Position numbers and translations under genes: made by a program | Notes under the pieces: generated by a model | Database searches by the model: none | What the model was told of the DNA's origin: nothing | The model's input: the letters and a program-made list of their open reading frames with translations, nothing else | Part shown: one piece after another, positions 36,882 to 46,430 of the stretch | Position numbering within the stretch: position 1 is the first letter of the stretch | Layout: each line of letters begins with the position of its first letter | DNA from: an uncultured Collinsella sp. | GTDB lineage: Bacteria; Actinomycetota; Coriobacteriia; Coriobacteriales; Coriobacteriaceae | Direction of reading: 5' to 3' | DNA: 64,000 bases | NCBI GenBank assembly: GCA_902476475.1 | Contig: CABSDO010000001.1 | Location: 4,000-67,999, forward strand

Positions 36882-37038
36882 GATAGCGCTCCCGCATTGC
36901 TGCAGACAGTCCTGCGGGTGTTTCCCGCAGGCCCACCAGGTTGTTCGTGCCTGAAAAACCCAGTTCGGCGGGTTTCGCCTCCCCGCGGGGTCAAAGCCTG
37001 CCGGCTCGCCCGCGGCTCTTCGTGCCCGCGCCTCTATC
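36882..37038 (-). ncRNA. Lysine riboswitch
   Basis: GATAGAGGCGC...GCCGAA...GACTGTC...GAGCGCTATC architecture directly upstream of lysA. Confidence 0.85.
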
Positions 37039-37189
37039 AAGTGGTAACGACCCTACCACGTTGCACTTTACCAAACAAGAGTATTCGTATATAACGTTTA
37101 AAAAATGCAGGGATATGCTAGAAACAAGGGCGTCACAATTCTGCATCACAATATTGTGTGAATGGATATGCCCCATGAAAGGATCCTTT

Positions 37190-38377
37190 ATGACCGAGCT
37201 CCAAGAACTCCGTCGCTATCGTCGCGACCTGCATCGCATTCCGGAGCTCGACTTCGATCTTCCGCAAACCATCGCCTATATCGAGGGCGTGCTCGCCCCG
37301 CTTGCCTGCGAGGTGACCCATCCCTGTCCGAGCTGCGTCTGCGCCTTCTTCGACGCTGGCACGGGCGCCGCGCATGCCACGGCGATTCGCGCCGATATGG
37401 ACGCGCTTCCCATCGCGGAGGCGACGGGCGCGGCCTTTGCCTCGACACATCCCGGAAAGATGCACGCTTGCGGACACGATGGACACATGGCCATGGCGCT
37501 TGCGGCGGCGACCTTTGTCGATCGCGCGATTCGTGAGCAACCGGGTGCCATCAAGCGCAACGTGCTCTTTGTGTTCCAGCCGGCCGAGGAGACGACCGGT
37601 GGCGCCAAGACAGTTTGTGAGAGTGGGGTGTTTGAGCGCTACGGGGCAGACCGTATCTTCGGGTTCCACGTATGGCCCGACCTGCCTGCGAACACGTTGG
37701 CGAGCTGTTCTGGTCCGCTGCTGGCGCGCTCGAGTGAAACGCACGTGCACATTCACGGGACAAGCATCCATATCGCCAAGACTTACGGCGTTCCAGTCGA
37801 GGAATCGCACGACGCGGCGCTGGCAGCAGCCAAGTTTTTGGTTGCCGAGCGCGAACTGATGGACGAGTTGGGTGCCGACGAGCCCTGCATTGGCAAGTTC
37901 GGCCTGCTGCAGGCCGGCACCGTCTGCAATGCGGTTGCGGGGGAGGCGCATGTCGCTGGCAGCCTGCGCGTGTTTACGGATGACATGTTTGACCGTGCGC
38001 GCGAGGGCGTGCGCCGCGTGCTGGACGAGGCCTGCGCCGCAACGGGCTGCACGTACGACCTCGACTTTGCCGAGGGCTATCCGCCAGTCGATAACGACTC
38101 CGAGCTGTTTGCCCACATTGCGCCTGCCTTGTCCGAGCTGCAATTCGTGGACGAGCCGCTGCTGATTGCCGAGGATTTCGCGTTCTACCAGCGCCATCTG
38201 CCGGGCGTGTTCTTCTTGCTGGGCACGGGCGTTCCTGCCAGTCAGGATAATCCGAGCGACGCCGAGGGCTGCCCTGCCTATGCCACAAGTGCCCTGCATA
38301 CTGATACCATGCTCTTTGACGAGGAAATCCTACTCAAGGGCCTCGATGTCTATAAACGATTGCTTTTGCTTGCTTAA
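37190..38377 (+). CDS. M20 family amidohydrolase, probable N-acetyl-diaminopimelate deacetylase
   Basis: LHRIPEL, RADMDALP, MHACGHDGH, FQPAEE, AEDF, LH; divergent from the dap operon. Confidence 0.85.
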   Translation: MTELQELRRYRRDLHRIPELDFDLPQTIAYIEGVLAPLACEVTHPCPSCVCAFFDAGTGAAHATAIRADMDALPIAEATGAAFASTHPGKMHACGHDGHMAMALAAATFVDRAIREQPGAIKRNVLFVFQPAEETTGGAKTVCESGVFERYGADRIFGFHVWPDLPANTLASCSGPLLARSSETHVHIHGTSIHIAKTYGVPVEESHDAALAAAKFLVAERELMDELGADEPCIGKFGLLQAGTVCNAVAGEAHVAGSLRVFTDDMFDRAREGVRRVLDEACAATGCTYDLDFAEGYPPVDNDSELFAHIAPALSELQFVDEPLLIAEDFAFYQRHLPGVFFLLGTGVPASQDNPSDAEGCPAYATSALHTDTMLFDEEILLKGLDVYKRLLLLA

Positions 38378-38405
38378 GTGTCGAAGGATACCTGTCTAGA
38401 AAACA

Positions 38406-38479
38406 CGAACATATGTACGGTATAATAGAGATGTAAGCCTATAGAAACGTTTGACGTTATTAACGTAAGGCGATACTAT
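38406..38479 (+). promoter_or_regulatory. Two promoters upstream of higA, one with a LexA-like box
   Basis: CGAAC-ATAT-GTACG next to TATAAT (38421); TTGACG-N17-TACTAT (38451-38479). Confidence 0.5.
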
Positions 38480-38539
38480 GATTGCATCGTAATGAGCGCT
38501 ATCGGGTCTGTTTTGAGTGGAGACAGGAGATGGCTTGGA

Positions 38540-38881
38540 ATGTCGAAATCGTCGATTATCACAAGTGATGAGACCTCGGCCGATTTGCTGTCGCCGGTGA
38601 CTCCTGGTGAGCTTCTCAAAGAGGAGTTTCTTGTTCCCATGGGCATTTCTCAATATCGCCTTGCGAAAGAGACCGGGATTCCGGCTCAACGTATCGGGCA
38701 GATTGTCTTGGGAAAACGTCGCGTGACGGCCGACACCGACCTCCGTCTTTGCCGTTATTTTGGCCTGACGGATGGTTATTGGCTGCGCGCTCAGGTGGCG
38801 TTTGACCTTGAGGCGGAGAAGAGGCGCATCGAACCGGAACTGGATAAGATCATTCCTGTCCAGCAGGCTATCGCATTGTAG
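38540..38881 (+). CDS. higA: HigA family antitoxin (orphan)
   Basis: TPGELLKEEFL.PMGISQYRLAK..GKRRVTADTDLRL.RYFG..YWL..Q. Confidence 0.88.
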   Translation: MSKSSIITSDETSADLLSPVTPGELLKEEFLVPMGISQYRLAKETGIPAQRIGQIVLGKRRVTADTDLRLCRYFGLTDGYWLRAQVAFDLEAEKRRIEPELDKIIPVQQAIAL

Positions 38882-38910
38882 TGTTCAAAGATGTTGAGGT
38901 TGGAGTGACG

Positions 38911-39234
38911 ATGGGGCGACGCCGACAGACTGCCGTGTATAGTCCGGGTGGATGCGGGTGTGGGTTGCTGCTGCTCCCGGTTATTGCTGTGAGCATTGGC
39001 GTGATGTTTGCGCTTGCTGGACTGGCCGCGGCGGCATTCGTGTTGCTGATTGCTGCTATTGGTGTGACGATTTGGCTCTATCGTTGCCGCGAGCAACGTC
39101 GTGCCGACGGTAAAACCAATGTTGGATGGACTATCTTTTTGGTCGTCGCCTACCTATTGAGCATCAGTTATTTGGCCTTCTTTATCCTGTTACTTGTGAG
39201 CACCTTTACCGGGGAATCCGTCACGGTGGGGTAG
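38911..39234 (+). CDS. Small hypothetical membrane protein
   Basis: GGAG RBS; two to three hydrophobic segments. Confidence 0.6.
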   Translation: MGRRRQTAVYSPGGCGCGLLLLPVIAVSIGVMFALAGLAAAAFVLLIAAIGVTIWLYRCREQRRADGKTNVGWTIFLVVAYLLSISYLAFFILLLVSTFTGESVTVG

Positions 39235-39685
39235 GCTTCGATGAGCCTCTTGAGGATGAGGCGAGGGGGCGGACTCTGAATGAACAGCGCTCCACGTCAA
39301 TATGTTTCATTCGTTGTGTAGCAATCCGAAATCGCAAGCGTTTGGCGTGAGAGTGCCGCCGCCAGCAACACGGGGATGCAGGCCGCGATCGCCAGCCCCA
39401 TGCCAGCTCATCGCAAAAGCGTGTCAACGTCGCGCTCGACCACGGCCATTTCCTGCTCGAGTTTGTAGGCTCGCTCGATTTTTTACATTGCATCAGTTCT
39501 GTTTTTCATAGCGTCAGCTATTGGCTTTACGAGTGGAAATGAAAGTTCTATGGCTATAGCATGGTTATGTCTTGGTTCTTCATTTCTTTGCTTGGGTTCG
39601 ACTCATAAGAAAAAGAAAAAAATACAGATGATAAAAAATTTCCTGCTTGTATTGTTGGAAAATCGGTATTTCAGGAGGTGTTTTT

Positions 39686-40153
39686 ATGCCACAAATGAAT
39701 AAGGGAGGAAAATTTATTTTCGGGAAATCACTTATTCGGACGGATGGAACATTGCGGATTCCGCCACAGGCAATGGAAGAATATCGCATTGCAGATGAAG
39801 GAAAAGTATATCTTTTTACCGGAAGTAAGATTACCGGTGGCTTCTGCGTCACCCGGAAAGGCCTTTTGCATCCGTCAAAGCTTGGTCACATTTTGGACGA
39901 TACTCCACCGTTGCTTGACTACTCAGCAGGTTCTGGCGAATTTATTAAATACAAGGGGCGTTCCTACTGCTGGATAGAGATTTCACAGGAGGGGCAAATT
40001 CTTCTTACGAAGAAAATGATGGACTTTTTGAAGGTGACACCCGGAATGGAGCTGCTCTCTATCCGCAGTAGCGACATCGCGTTTACGATGGGGGCTAAAG
40101 GACCGCTATTGGAAAAAGCAGAAAACTATGACGGTGAAATTCCGCTTTTTTAA
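39686..40153 (+). CDS. Hypothetical protein (possible AbrB-like duplicated barrel) in an AT-rich insert
   Basis: AGGAGG RBS; repeated I..dG.l.ip motif; AT-rich codon usage unlike the flanks. Confidence 0.75.
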   Translation: MPQMNKGGKFIFGKSLIRTDGTLRIPPQAMEEYRIADEGKVYLFTGSKITGGFCVTRKGLLHPSKLGHILDDTPPLLDYSAGSGEFIKYKGRSYCWIEISQEGQILLTKKMMDFLKVTPGMELLSIRSSDIAFTMGAKGPLLEKAENYDGEIPLF

Positions 40154-40340
40154 GTGTAACAATTCCAGTTTATAAAATTAAGAACGATGTTGGCAAGCCT
40201 CGAGGTGTCATCGGCGATGGACACGCGCTTCATGCTCTTCTATATGGCAACCTTAGCTCTCAGCTAATGAATTCAAGTTTAATCCTTCCTACGATGTGCT
40301 GTGTGCCGGCGCGGTAGCCGGATCGTAGGAAGGATGCATT

Positions 40341-40883
40341 ATGAAAAAGCCCAAGACCGAAATGCTGCTGAGCCGTCGCGCTGCGCTTGGCGCGTTTGCC
40401 ACCGTTGCCCTGGGGGCTGCCGGCCTGCTTGCCGGTTGCGGGAGCGATAAGGCAACTGTTACCGAGGACGCCGGCGATGGCGACAAGAAAGAAGAGCCCA
40501 AGAAGGAAGAGCAGGCAACGACCGATCTGGCTGTTGGCACGACCGTGACCACGACCACTGGTCTCGCTGTCGTCGTCGATGCCGTTCAGACGGGTCTGAC
40601 CAATTATGACGGCTCGACCATGACGGGCATTCACGTCACGTACGTCAACAACGGTGACGAGGGCGCGGACTACAACGTCTACGACTGGAAGGGCGAAGAC
40701 GCAAACGGTGCCCAGCAGAACCAGGGCTACTATAGCGAGGGTTCCGATGAGCTGCAGTCGGGCACGCTTGCTGCGGGCGGTTCCGTTTCGGGTAACATTT
40801 ATTTCGACGGCGACATCAAAAAGGCTTTGTACTTTGCCAACATGTTTGATAAGTCTGCCACCGCAAGCTGGGTGTTGGCCTAG
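40341..40883 (+). CDS. Lipoprotein, DUF4352-like
   Basis: SRRAAL twin-Arg-like signal, LAGC lipobox, SGTLAAGGSVSGNIYF. Confidence 0.75.
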   Translation: MKKPKTEMLLSRRAALGAFATVALGAAGLLAGCGSDKATVTEDAGDGDKKEEPKKEEQATTDLAVGTTVTTTTGLAVVVDAVQTGLTNYDGSTMTGIHVTYVNNGDEGADYNVYDWKGEDANGAQQNQGYYSEGSDELQSGTLAAGGSVSGNIYFDGDIKKALYFANMFDKSATASWVLA

Positions 40884-40922
40884 TATGTCGCTGCCGTTGC
40901 GTCGCATAGGAGGTGAAGCCAT

Positions 40923-41345
40923 ATGCCCGATAAAAAGTTGACGGAGGAATTGCTCAATGAGCTGCTCGATGCGCCGAGTATCGACGGCTATATCAGGGAG
41001 CACGACTTTGCCGCCCCGTCGCTTTCGGACTACCTTCAGCAACTGCTGCAGGAAAAGGGCTTGGAGCGTTCGCGCGTGGTGCGTATGGCCGACCTCAACG
41101 AAACGTTTGGCTATCAGATCTTTACCGGCACGCGCCATCCGAGCCGAAACAAGGTGCTGCAGATTGCATTTGCGATGGCACTATCGATGAAGGAGACAAA
41201 CCGCGCACTTACGGCTGCCGGGGCAAACGTCCTCAACTGCAAGGACCGTCGCGATGCGATTATCATCTTTTGCATCGATCGTGGCTGCAGCCTGCAAAAG
41301 GTCAATGAGGAGCTGTATCGCTTTGGCGAGGAGACGGTGAGTTAA
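40923..41345 (+). CDS. XRE-like HTH protein
   Basis: YQIFTGTRHPSRNKVLQIAFAMAL; GGAGGTG RBS. Confidence 0.75.
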   Translation: MPDKKLTEELLNELLDAPSIDGYIREHDFAAPSLSDYLQQLLQEKGLERSRVVRMADLNETFGYQIFTGTRHPSRNKVLQIAFAMALSMKETNRALTAAGANVLNCKDRRDAIIIFCIDRGCSLQKVNEELYRFGEETVS

Positions 41346-41440
41346 CGGCTGACTGTTGGCGGCAGGGCCGTCCGCGATATTTCAAACGTGCAGGGCACGG
41401 GTGCTACAGGGCGTCCGTGCCCTGCGCTATGATGGACGCT

Positions 41441-42820
41441 ATGGATACTCAGAACCCAACATATTCCGATGATGAGCTGACTGCCGCGCTCGCCGAGCAT
41501 TTGGCATCTCTCGACCGCGATGATAGCTATCGCGTGGAACGTGTGCTGAAGCGCTCGTCCGTTGAAACAACCGATCTCGTGTACTTCGAAGGAACCGGCG
41601 GAGGGTCGCTCGGCCCCTTTGTCCGCAAACGCATCGATGCTTCGGCCCAGATTGGCGGGGCATATGAGCGCCTGTTTGCGGCCCAGCGTGCCGGACGGCG
41701 TTTTGAGCACCTGCCCCGGATTGTCGATTGCCGCCGTGCGGGCGACGATCTTGACGTGGTGATGGAATACATCGAAGGCGAGACGCTCGAGGCCTTGGTG
41801 GGACGCTTGGGTGCGACCCCCGATTATGCGCGCGGGTTGTTTCCGGCCCTGTGTGATGCGGTGGCAGAGCTCCATGCTGGATTTGGCGAGGTGGGGAAAG
41901 CGCCGGCTCCGATTATCCATCGCGACCTTAAACCTTCGAACATCATCGTGTCGGGCGTGAGATATGCCGCCGATGCCGGCATGACCTTCTCGTCGCTGGT
42001 GATTATTGACCTGGGGATCGCGCGCGCTTGGCGCGAAGGCGCCGATGCCGATACCGTCAAGTTTGGCACGCGGCCCTACGCGCCGCCCGAGCAGTATGGG
42101 TTTGGGCAGACGAGTGTGCGAAGCGATGTGTACGCGCTGGGCGCCCTGCTGTTCTTTTGCTTGACAGGAGTCGATCCAAAACCGGGGCTCGACATGCTCG
42201 AACAATGCGAGATATGCGGCGTTCCCGCTCCTCTGGCCGATGTCATTTGCATGGCGATGGCGCTCGACCCGGCCAAGCGTTTTGCGAGTGCAGGGGCATT
42301 GGGACGGGCGACGCGCGCGGCGTACGACCTGAGTTGCCCTGTGCGGCCTCCTGCGCCTGCGCCTGTTTGTGCTCCGGCCTCGGAGACGGTATTAACGCCC
42401 CAAGGGCCTCAGGGTTCCACAGGCCTTCCTAAGCTTGCCGCCCCTGCTGTGCCCGGCCTGCTTTCTCGCATTCCGGAGCCTCTGGGGCGCATTTGGAATA
42501 CGCTCGTCTGCTTCTCGCTGCTTGTATTCTTTGCCGGAAGCCACTTTGCCGTTTTTCACCCTACGGGAGCAAACCAAAGCTACCCGACGTGGCTTCTTAT
42601 AATCGAGTACTTTTTCTTTGTCGATGGCCTTATGGTGCTTATGCATTTTGCGCTGCTCGACAAGCGCCGTCTTCGTCGGCGATTCGCACTGCTCGACAGC
42701 TATCGCGGCAAGAAACTCGCGAAACTCTGGCTCAAGGCATTGGGTGTGCTGCTCCTATGCATGATCGTCATAGTCGCGGTTGCCAATGCGACCGGCGTCG
42801 TCGATACCTCCGCAACCTAA
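41441..42820 (+). CDS. Hanks-type Ser/Thr protein kinase with C-terminal TM segments
   Basis: VMEYIEG, HRDLKPSN, IDLG, GTRPYAPPEQYG, SDVYALG. Confidence 0.88.
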   Translation: MDTQNPTYSDDELTAALAEHLASLDRDDSYRVERVLKRSSVETTDLVYFEGTGGGSLGPFVRKRIDASAQIGGAYERLFAAQRAGRRFEHLPRIVDCRRAGDDLDVVMEYIEGETLEALVGRLGATPDYARGLFPALCDAVAELHAGFGEVGKAPAPIIHRDLKPSNIIVSGVRYAADAGMTFSSLVIIDLGIARAWREGADADTVKFGTRPYAPPEQYGFGQTSVRSDVYALGALLFFCLTGVDPKPGLDMLEQCEICGVPAPLADVICMAMALDPAKRFASAGALGRATRAAYDLSCPVRPPAPAPVCAPASETVLTPQGPQGSTGLPKLAAPAVPGLLSRIPEPLGRIWNTLVCFSLLVFFAGSHFAVFHPTGANQSYPTWLLIIEYFFFVDGLMVLMHFALLDKRRLRRRFALLDSYRGKKLAKLWLKALGVLLLCMIVIVAVANATGVVDTSAT

Positions 42821-42857
42821 AAGAAAAGGGCCCCATTGGGGCCCTTTGCAGTTGCAC

Positions 42858-44000
42858 TTAGATGCGGTTCATCTGAGCGGCGACTTTGTTGTACCAGTCC
42901 TGCCACGTGGGCGGGCAGTACTTTTTGGCCGCTGCCGGGGTAAGGGTGGAGCCATAGTTGGCGCCCAGATAGGCAACGTGAGCGGAGATGCCCTCGCTCC
43001 AGCTGCCAAAGCTGCGCCAACCGCCGCCACGTGCACTCCAGCCCCAGGCGTTGTAGGAATTGGCGCAATAAGCACCCTTGGTGCTCTCGATGCAGGCGAT
43101 AGCGGGGGACCAACGGGGGTCGACACCGGTATTCCAAGCGGCGACGGCAAAGTTGTAGCCCTGGCCTGCCATGGGGGAGCCGGCGAGAAAATTGTCGATG
43201 CGGCTCGTCCACTCATTAATGAACGAATCGTAATCGGAGCTACCGGTATTGGCGTTGTTCACCGTGGTGTCGATGGTGGTGTTGGTGTTGGTGGCCTGGC
43301 TGCTGGAATTGCTGCCGCTTACGCCCTCGCCCGAGAGCTTCTCGGCGGCAGCGGCCTTATCGGCCTCAAGCTTGGCAAGCTCAGCGGCATTTTCCTGCTC
43401 GGCTTTTGCCTGTGCCTCGCTGCGGAGCTGCTGGGCCTGCGTCAGCGCATCCTCGGCGTTTTTCTGCTCTGCCTCAAGCTGTGACTTGGCCTGCTGGAGC
43501 TCGGCCTTGTTCTGCTCGAGTTCGGTTTGCATGTTATTGAGCTCTTCGATCTCGTCGACGCTCGAGCTCGTGATCTGGTTGGTGTATTTGCAGGTCGTGA
43601 TGAACTCACCCAGGCTCTGCGTGTTGACCAGGAAGGTCACGATGGGATTGGTGCCCTTCTGATACTTGTACAGATCGCGCATGGCGGAGCTTGCCTTGGC
43701 CTGCTGCTCGGGAAGCTTGGCCTCGATTTCCTCGATGCTTGCCTCATTGGAGTCAATCTGCTTTTGCAGGTCATCGAGTTTGGTGCGGGCGTCGTTGTAG
43801 GCGCTCGTGGCGGCTTCGATCTTCTGCTGGGCTGCGGAAAGCTGGTCCTGCGTTGCCAGTTTGACCAGAAGACCATGAAACGCCGCAACGGGGGAGAGCA
43901 TCGGCGTGGCCGTCAGCGCAACGGCGAGCGCGGCGCTCGTGATGATACGAGCCGGCTTCGACGCAATGAGCGCTGCGGTGCGATGATTCGAATGCTGCAT
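42858..44000 (-). CDS. Secreted coiled-coil protein with C-terminal glucosaminidase/lysozyme-like domain
   Basis: Signal peptide, PcsB-like coiled coil, AIACIEST.G..YNAWGW, KYCPP. Confidence 0.75.
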   Translation of the reverse strand: MQHSNHRTAALIASKPARIITSAALAVALTATPMLSPVAAFHGLLVKLATQDQLSAAQQKIEAATSAYNDARTKLDDLQKQIDSNEASIEEIEAKLPEQQAKASSAMRDLYKYQKGTNPIVTFLVNTQSLGEFITTCKYTNQITSSSVDEIEELNNMQTELEQNKAELQQAKSQLEAEQKNAEDALTQAQQLRSEAQAKAEQENAAELAKLEADKAAAAEKLSGEGVSGSNSSSQATNTNTTIDTTVNNANTGSSDYDSFINEWTSRIDNFLAGSPMAGQGYNFAVAAWNTGVDPRWSPAIACIESTKGAYCANSYNAWGWSARGGGWRSFGSWSEGISAHVAYLGANYGSTLTPAAAKKYCPPTWQDWYNKVAAQMNRI

Positions 44001-44234
44001 CCAGTCCCTCTGCAATCAATCGTAGGTTATGGTTCGAACGGTATTCTACTACTGCTTTCGACCTCAACTTGAACCTTAAAGGTCCCAAAGGGTCAAGTTG
44101 AACTTGAGGCTTTGGCTTTGACCTGCAGTTATGATGAATTGTTGAGAAACCATAGAGTTCAACTTTAACGTTACAGAGCCCTGTTTGAGAGGAGTTTTGG
44201 GCTGTAAAAGCCATCTCAACGTGGGGTTTTATAA

Positions 44235-44867
44235 CTACAGCGTGCCCCTCTGGCGAGCCTGCTCAATCTCTTCGAGGGCCTCGGCGGGGGTGAACGAACA
44301 GGTGCCGTCGCCGAGTTTGATTACCTGGATATCGTCGCCGGCGTAGACCTCTCCGCCCTTTAGTACCACGCCGAAAACGCCCTCGTGGGGAAAGATGCAG
44401 TCGCCGGCGAGATAGTAGATGGCACAGCGTGTGTGGCAGACCTTGCCGATTTGGCTGATTTCGACAAGCACCTCGCTGCCAAGCTTGAGCTGTGTGCCCA
44501 AGGGGAGCGAGAGCAGGTTGATGCCCCGGGTTGTGAAGTTCTCTCCAAAGTCACCCTCGTGCACATCGAGCCCGCGCGCCTGCGCCGTCTGGATAGACTC
44601 TGCGGCCAAAAAGGAAACCTGACGGTGCCAATGCCCGGCGTGTGCGTCGGAGGCGAGGCCGAATTGCTCTATAACGGTGTCGCGTCCATCGGCGACGGGC
44701 GACTTGCGTGTGCCCTTGTGTGCCGACGTGTTGATCGAGACGATGCGGGCGGGTCCGTTGTAGGCGTCGTTTGCCGTGCACAGGGGAGCGGTCGCTTTCG
44801 CGCGTTCCACCAGCTCGCGCTTCGCAGCATTGAGGATGGGATTATCGGTCGGATGGTCTTGGGGCAC
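44235..44867 (-). CDS. MOSC domain protein
   Basis: DAHAG.WHRQVS, GDFGENFTT, SQIGKVCH..C, EGVF..V..GG.V..GD. Confidence 0.88.
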   Translation of the reverse strand: MPQDHPTDNPILNAAKRELVERAKATAPLCTANDAYNGPARIVSINTSAHKGTRKSPVADGRDTVIEQFGLASDAHAGHWHRQVSFLAAESIQTAQARGLDVHEGDFGENFTTRGINLLSLPLGTQLKLGSEVLVEISQIGKVCHTRCAIYYLAGDCIFPHEGVFGVVLKGGEVYAGDDIQVIKLGDGTCSFTPAEALEEIEQARQRGTL

Positions 44868-45089
44868 GTGTGCGCCTTTCGCTCGAGGATGTCAATACGC
44901 TGAATCCTACAACAACGGTAGGTTCATTGCCCATTGTCATACAACGGTGAGCGCCGCCTTCGTGCTGGACGATTGCGTCGATTGCCATAGATACGGTGGA
45001 GCTTTGGGCGCCGGCGGCTTGGCACGCTAGAATAAATCAGTTGCGCAAAGACCGCCCGTTGTGTGGGCAGTTCATGATAGGAAGTTTCC

Positions 45090-46346
45090 ATGGCATTGCA
45101 GTTTACAGAGCGCGAGTTCATCCCCGTGCTGCTCGGTGGCGACATCAACGCCTACTCGGTGGCGCGCGCCTTCTACGAGGAGTACCAGGTCAAGAGTCTG
45201 GTCTTTGGCAAGTACCAGACGGGCCCTGCGTATCGAAGCCAGATTATCGACTACACGCCCAATGTCGACATCGATACCATGCCCGTGATGCTCGAGACCG
45301 TCAACGGCATTGCCCAGGCGCATGCCGATAAGACGATCGTCCTGATGGGCTGTGGCGATAACTATGTTGCCCTCGTGGCTCAGGCCAAGGATGCCCATGA
45401 GTTGGCGGATAACATCGTCGCGCCTTACGCTCCCTATAGCATGCTTGAACAGTGTCAGAAGAAGGAGATCTTCTACGAGCTGTGCGAGAAGCATGGCGTG
45501 CCCTATCCGCACACGTTTACCTTTACCAAGGCGATGCTCAATGCCCAGGGTGAGGCGCCTGCCGAAGTGCTCGACCAGATCGATTTTCCTTACCCGATGA
45601 TTCTGAAGCCTTCTGACGGCATCATGTGGTGGCAGCATGAGTTCGAGGGCCAGAAAAAGGCCTATGAGATTGCCGACCGCGCCGAGCTGGAACAGGTCAT
45701 TCGCGATTCGTATGCCAGCGGCTATACCGACGATCTGATCTTGCAGGATCGCGTGCCCGGCAACGACGAGTACATGCGCGTGCTCACCAGCTATTCCGAC
45801 CGCAACGGCAAGGTGCGCATGATGTGCCTGGGCCATGTGCTGCTCGAGGAGCATCAGCCTCACGGCGTCGGCAACCACGCCTGTATCATCACCGAGCCCA
45901 ATGACGAGCTCATGGGCGGCGTGCGCAAGCTACTCGAGGACCTGAACTTTGTGGGCTATTCCAACTTTGACGTTAAGTACGACGAGCGCGACGGCTCGTT
46001 TAAGTTCTTCGATTTCAACACGCGTCAGGGCCGCAGTAACTACTACGTCACCAACAGCGGCTTTAACGTTGCCAAGTATGTGGTGGACGAGTATGTGTTC
46101 AACCGCCCGTTTGAGCCGGAGTTTGTGACGGCGCAGGACGAGGCGCTGTGGATGGTCGTCCCCATGGGCGTCGTCGACAAGTACGTCAAGGATCCTGAGC
46201 TGCGCGCTAAGGTGCATCGCCTGGACAAGGAAGGCAAGGGCGCCGACCCTTCGTTTATGAAGGGCGACTTTGTCTTTAACCGCTGGCTGCGCATGTGGCA
46301 CACCAAGTTGCGCCACTTTAAGCTGTTCAAGACGTATTACAAGTAG
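45090..46346 (+). CDS. ATP-grasp D-aspartate ligase-like carboxylate-amine ligase
   Basis: LLGGDINAYSVARAF, ILKP, LQD.VPG.D, FDVKYD.RDG, FN.RQGRS; adjacent to a racemase. Confidence 0.85.
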   Translation: MALQFTEREFIPVLLGGDINAYSVARAFYEEYQVKSLVFGKYQTGPAYRSQIIDYTPNVDIDTMPVMLETVNGIAQAHADKTIVLMGCGDNYVALVAQAKDAHELADNIVAPYAPYSMLEQCQKKEIFYELCEKHGVPYPHTFTFTKAMLNAQGEAPAEVLDQIDFPYPMILKPSDGIMWWQHEFEGQKKAYEIADRAELEQVIRDSYASGYTDDLILQDRVPGNDEYMRVLTSYSDRNGKVRMMCLGHVLLEEHQPHGVGNHACIITEPNDELMGGVRKLLEDLNFVGYSNFDVKYDERDGSFKFFDFNTRQGRSNYYVTNSGFNVAKYVVDEYVFNRPFEPEFVTAQDEALWMVVPMGVVDKYVKDPELRAKVHRLDKEGKGADPSFMKGDFVFNRWLRMWHTKLRHFKLFKTYYK

Positions 46347-46430
46347 ATGAGTGCGGCGCCCGTCCGGTTTGCATCGAGCGGGCGCGGGTATGATACGCGC
46401 AATTGCGCAAGCGTCACCAAGGAGGCGGCG

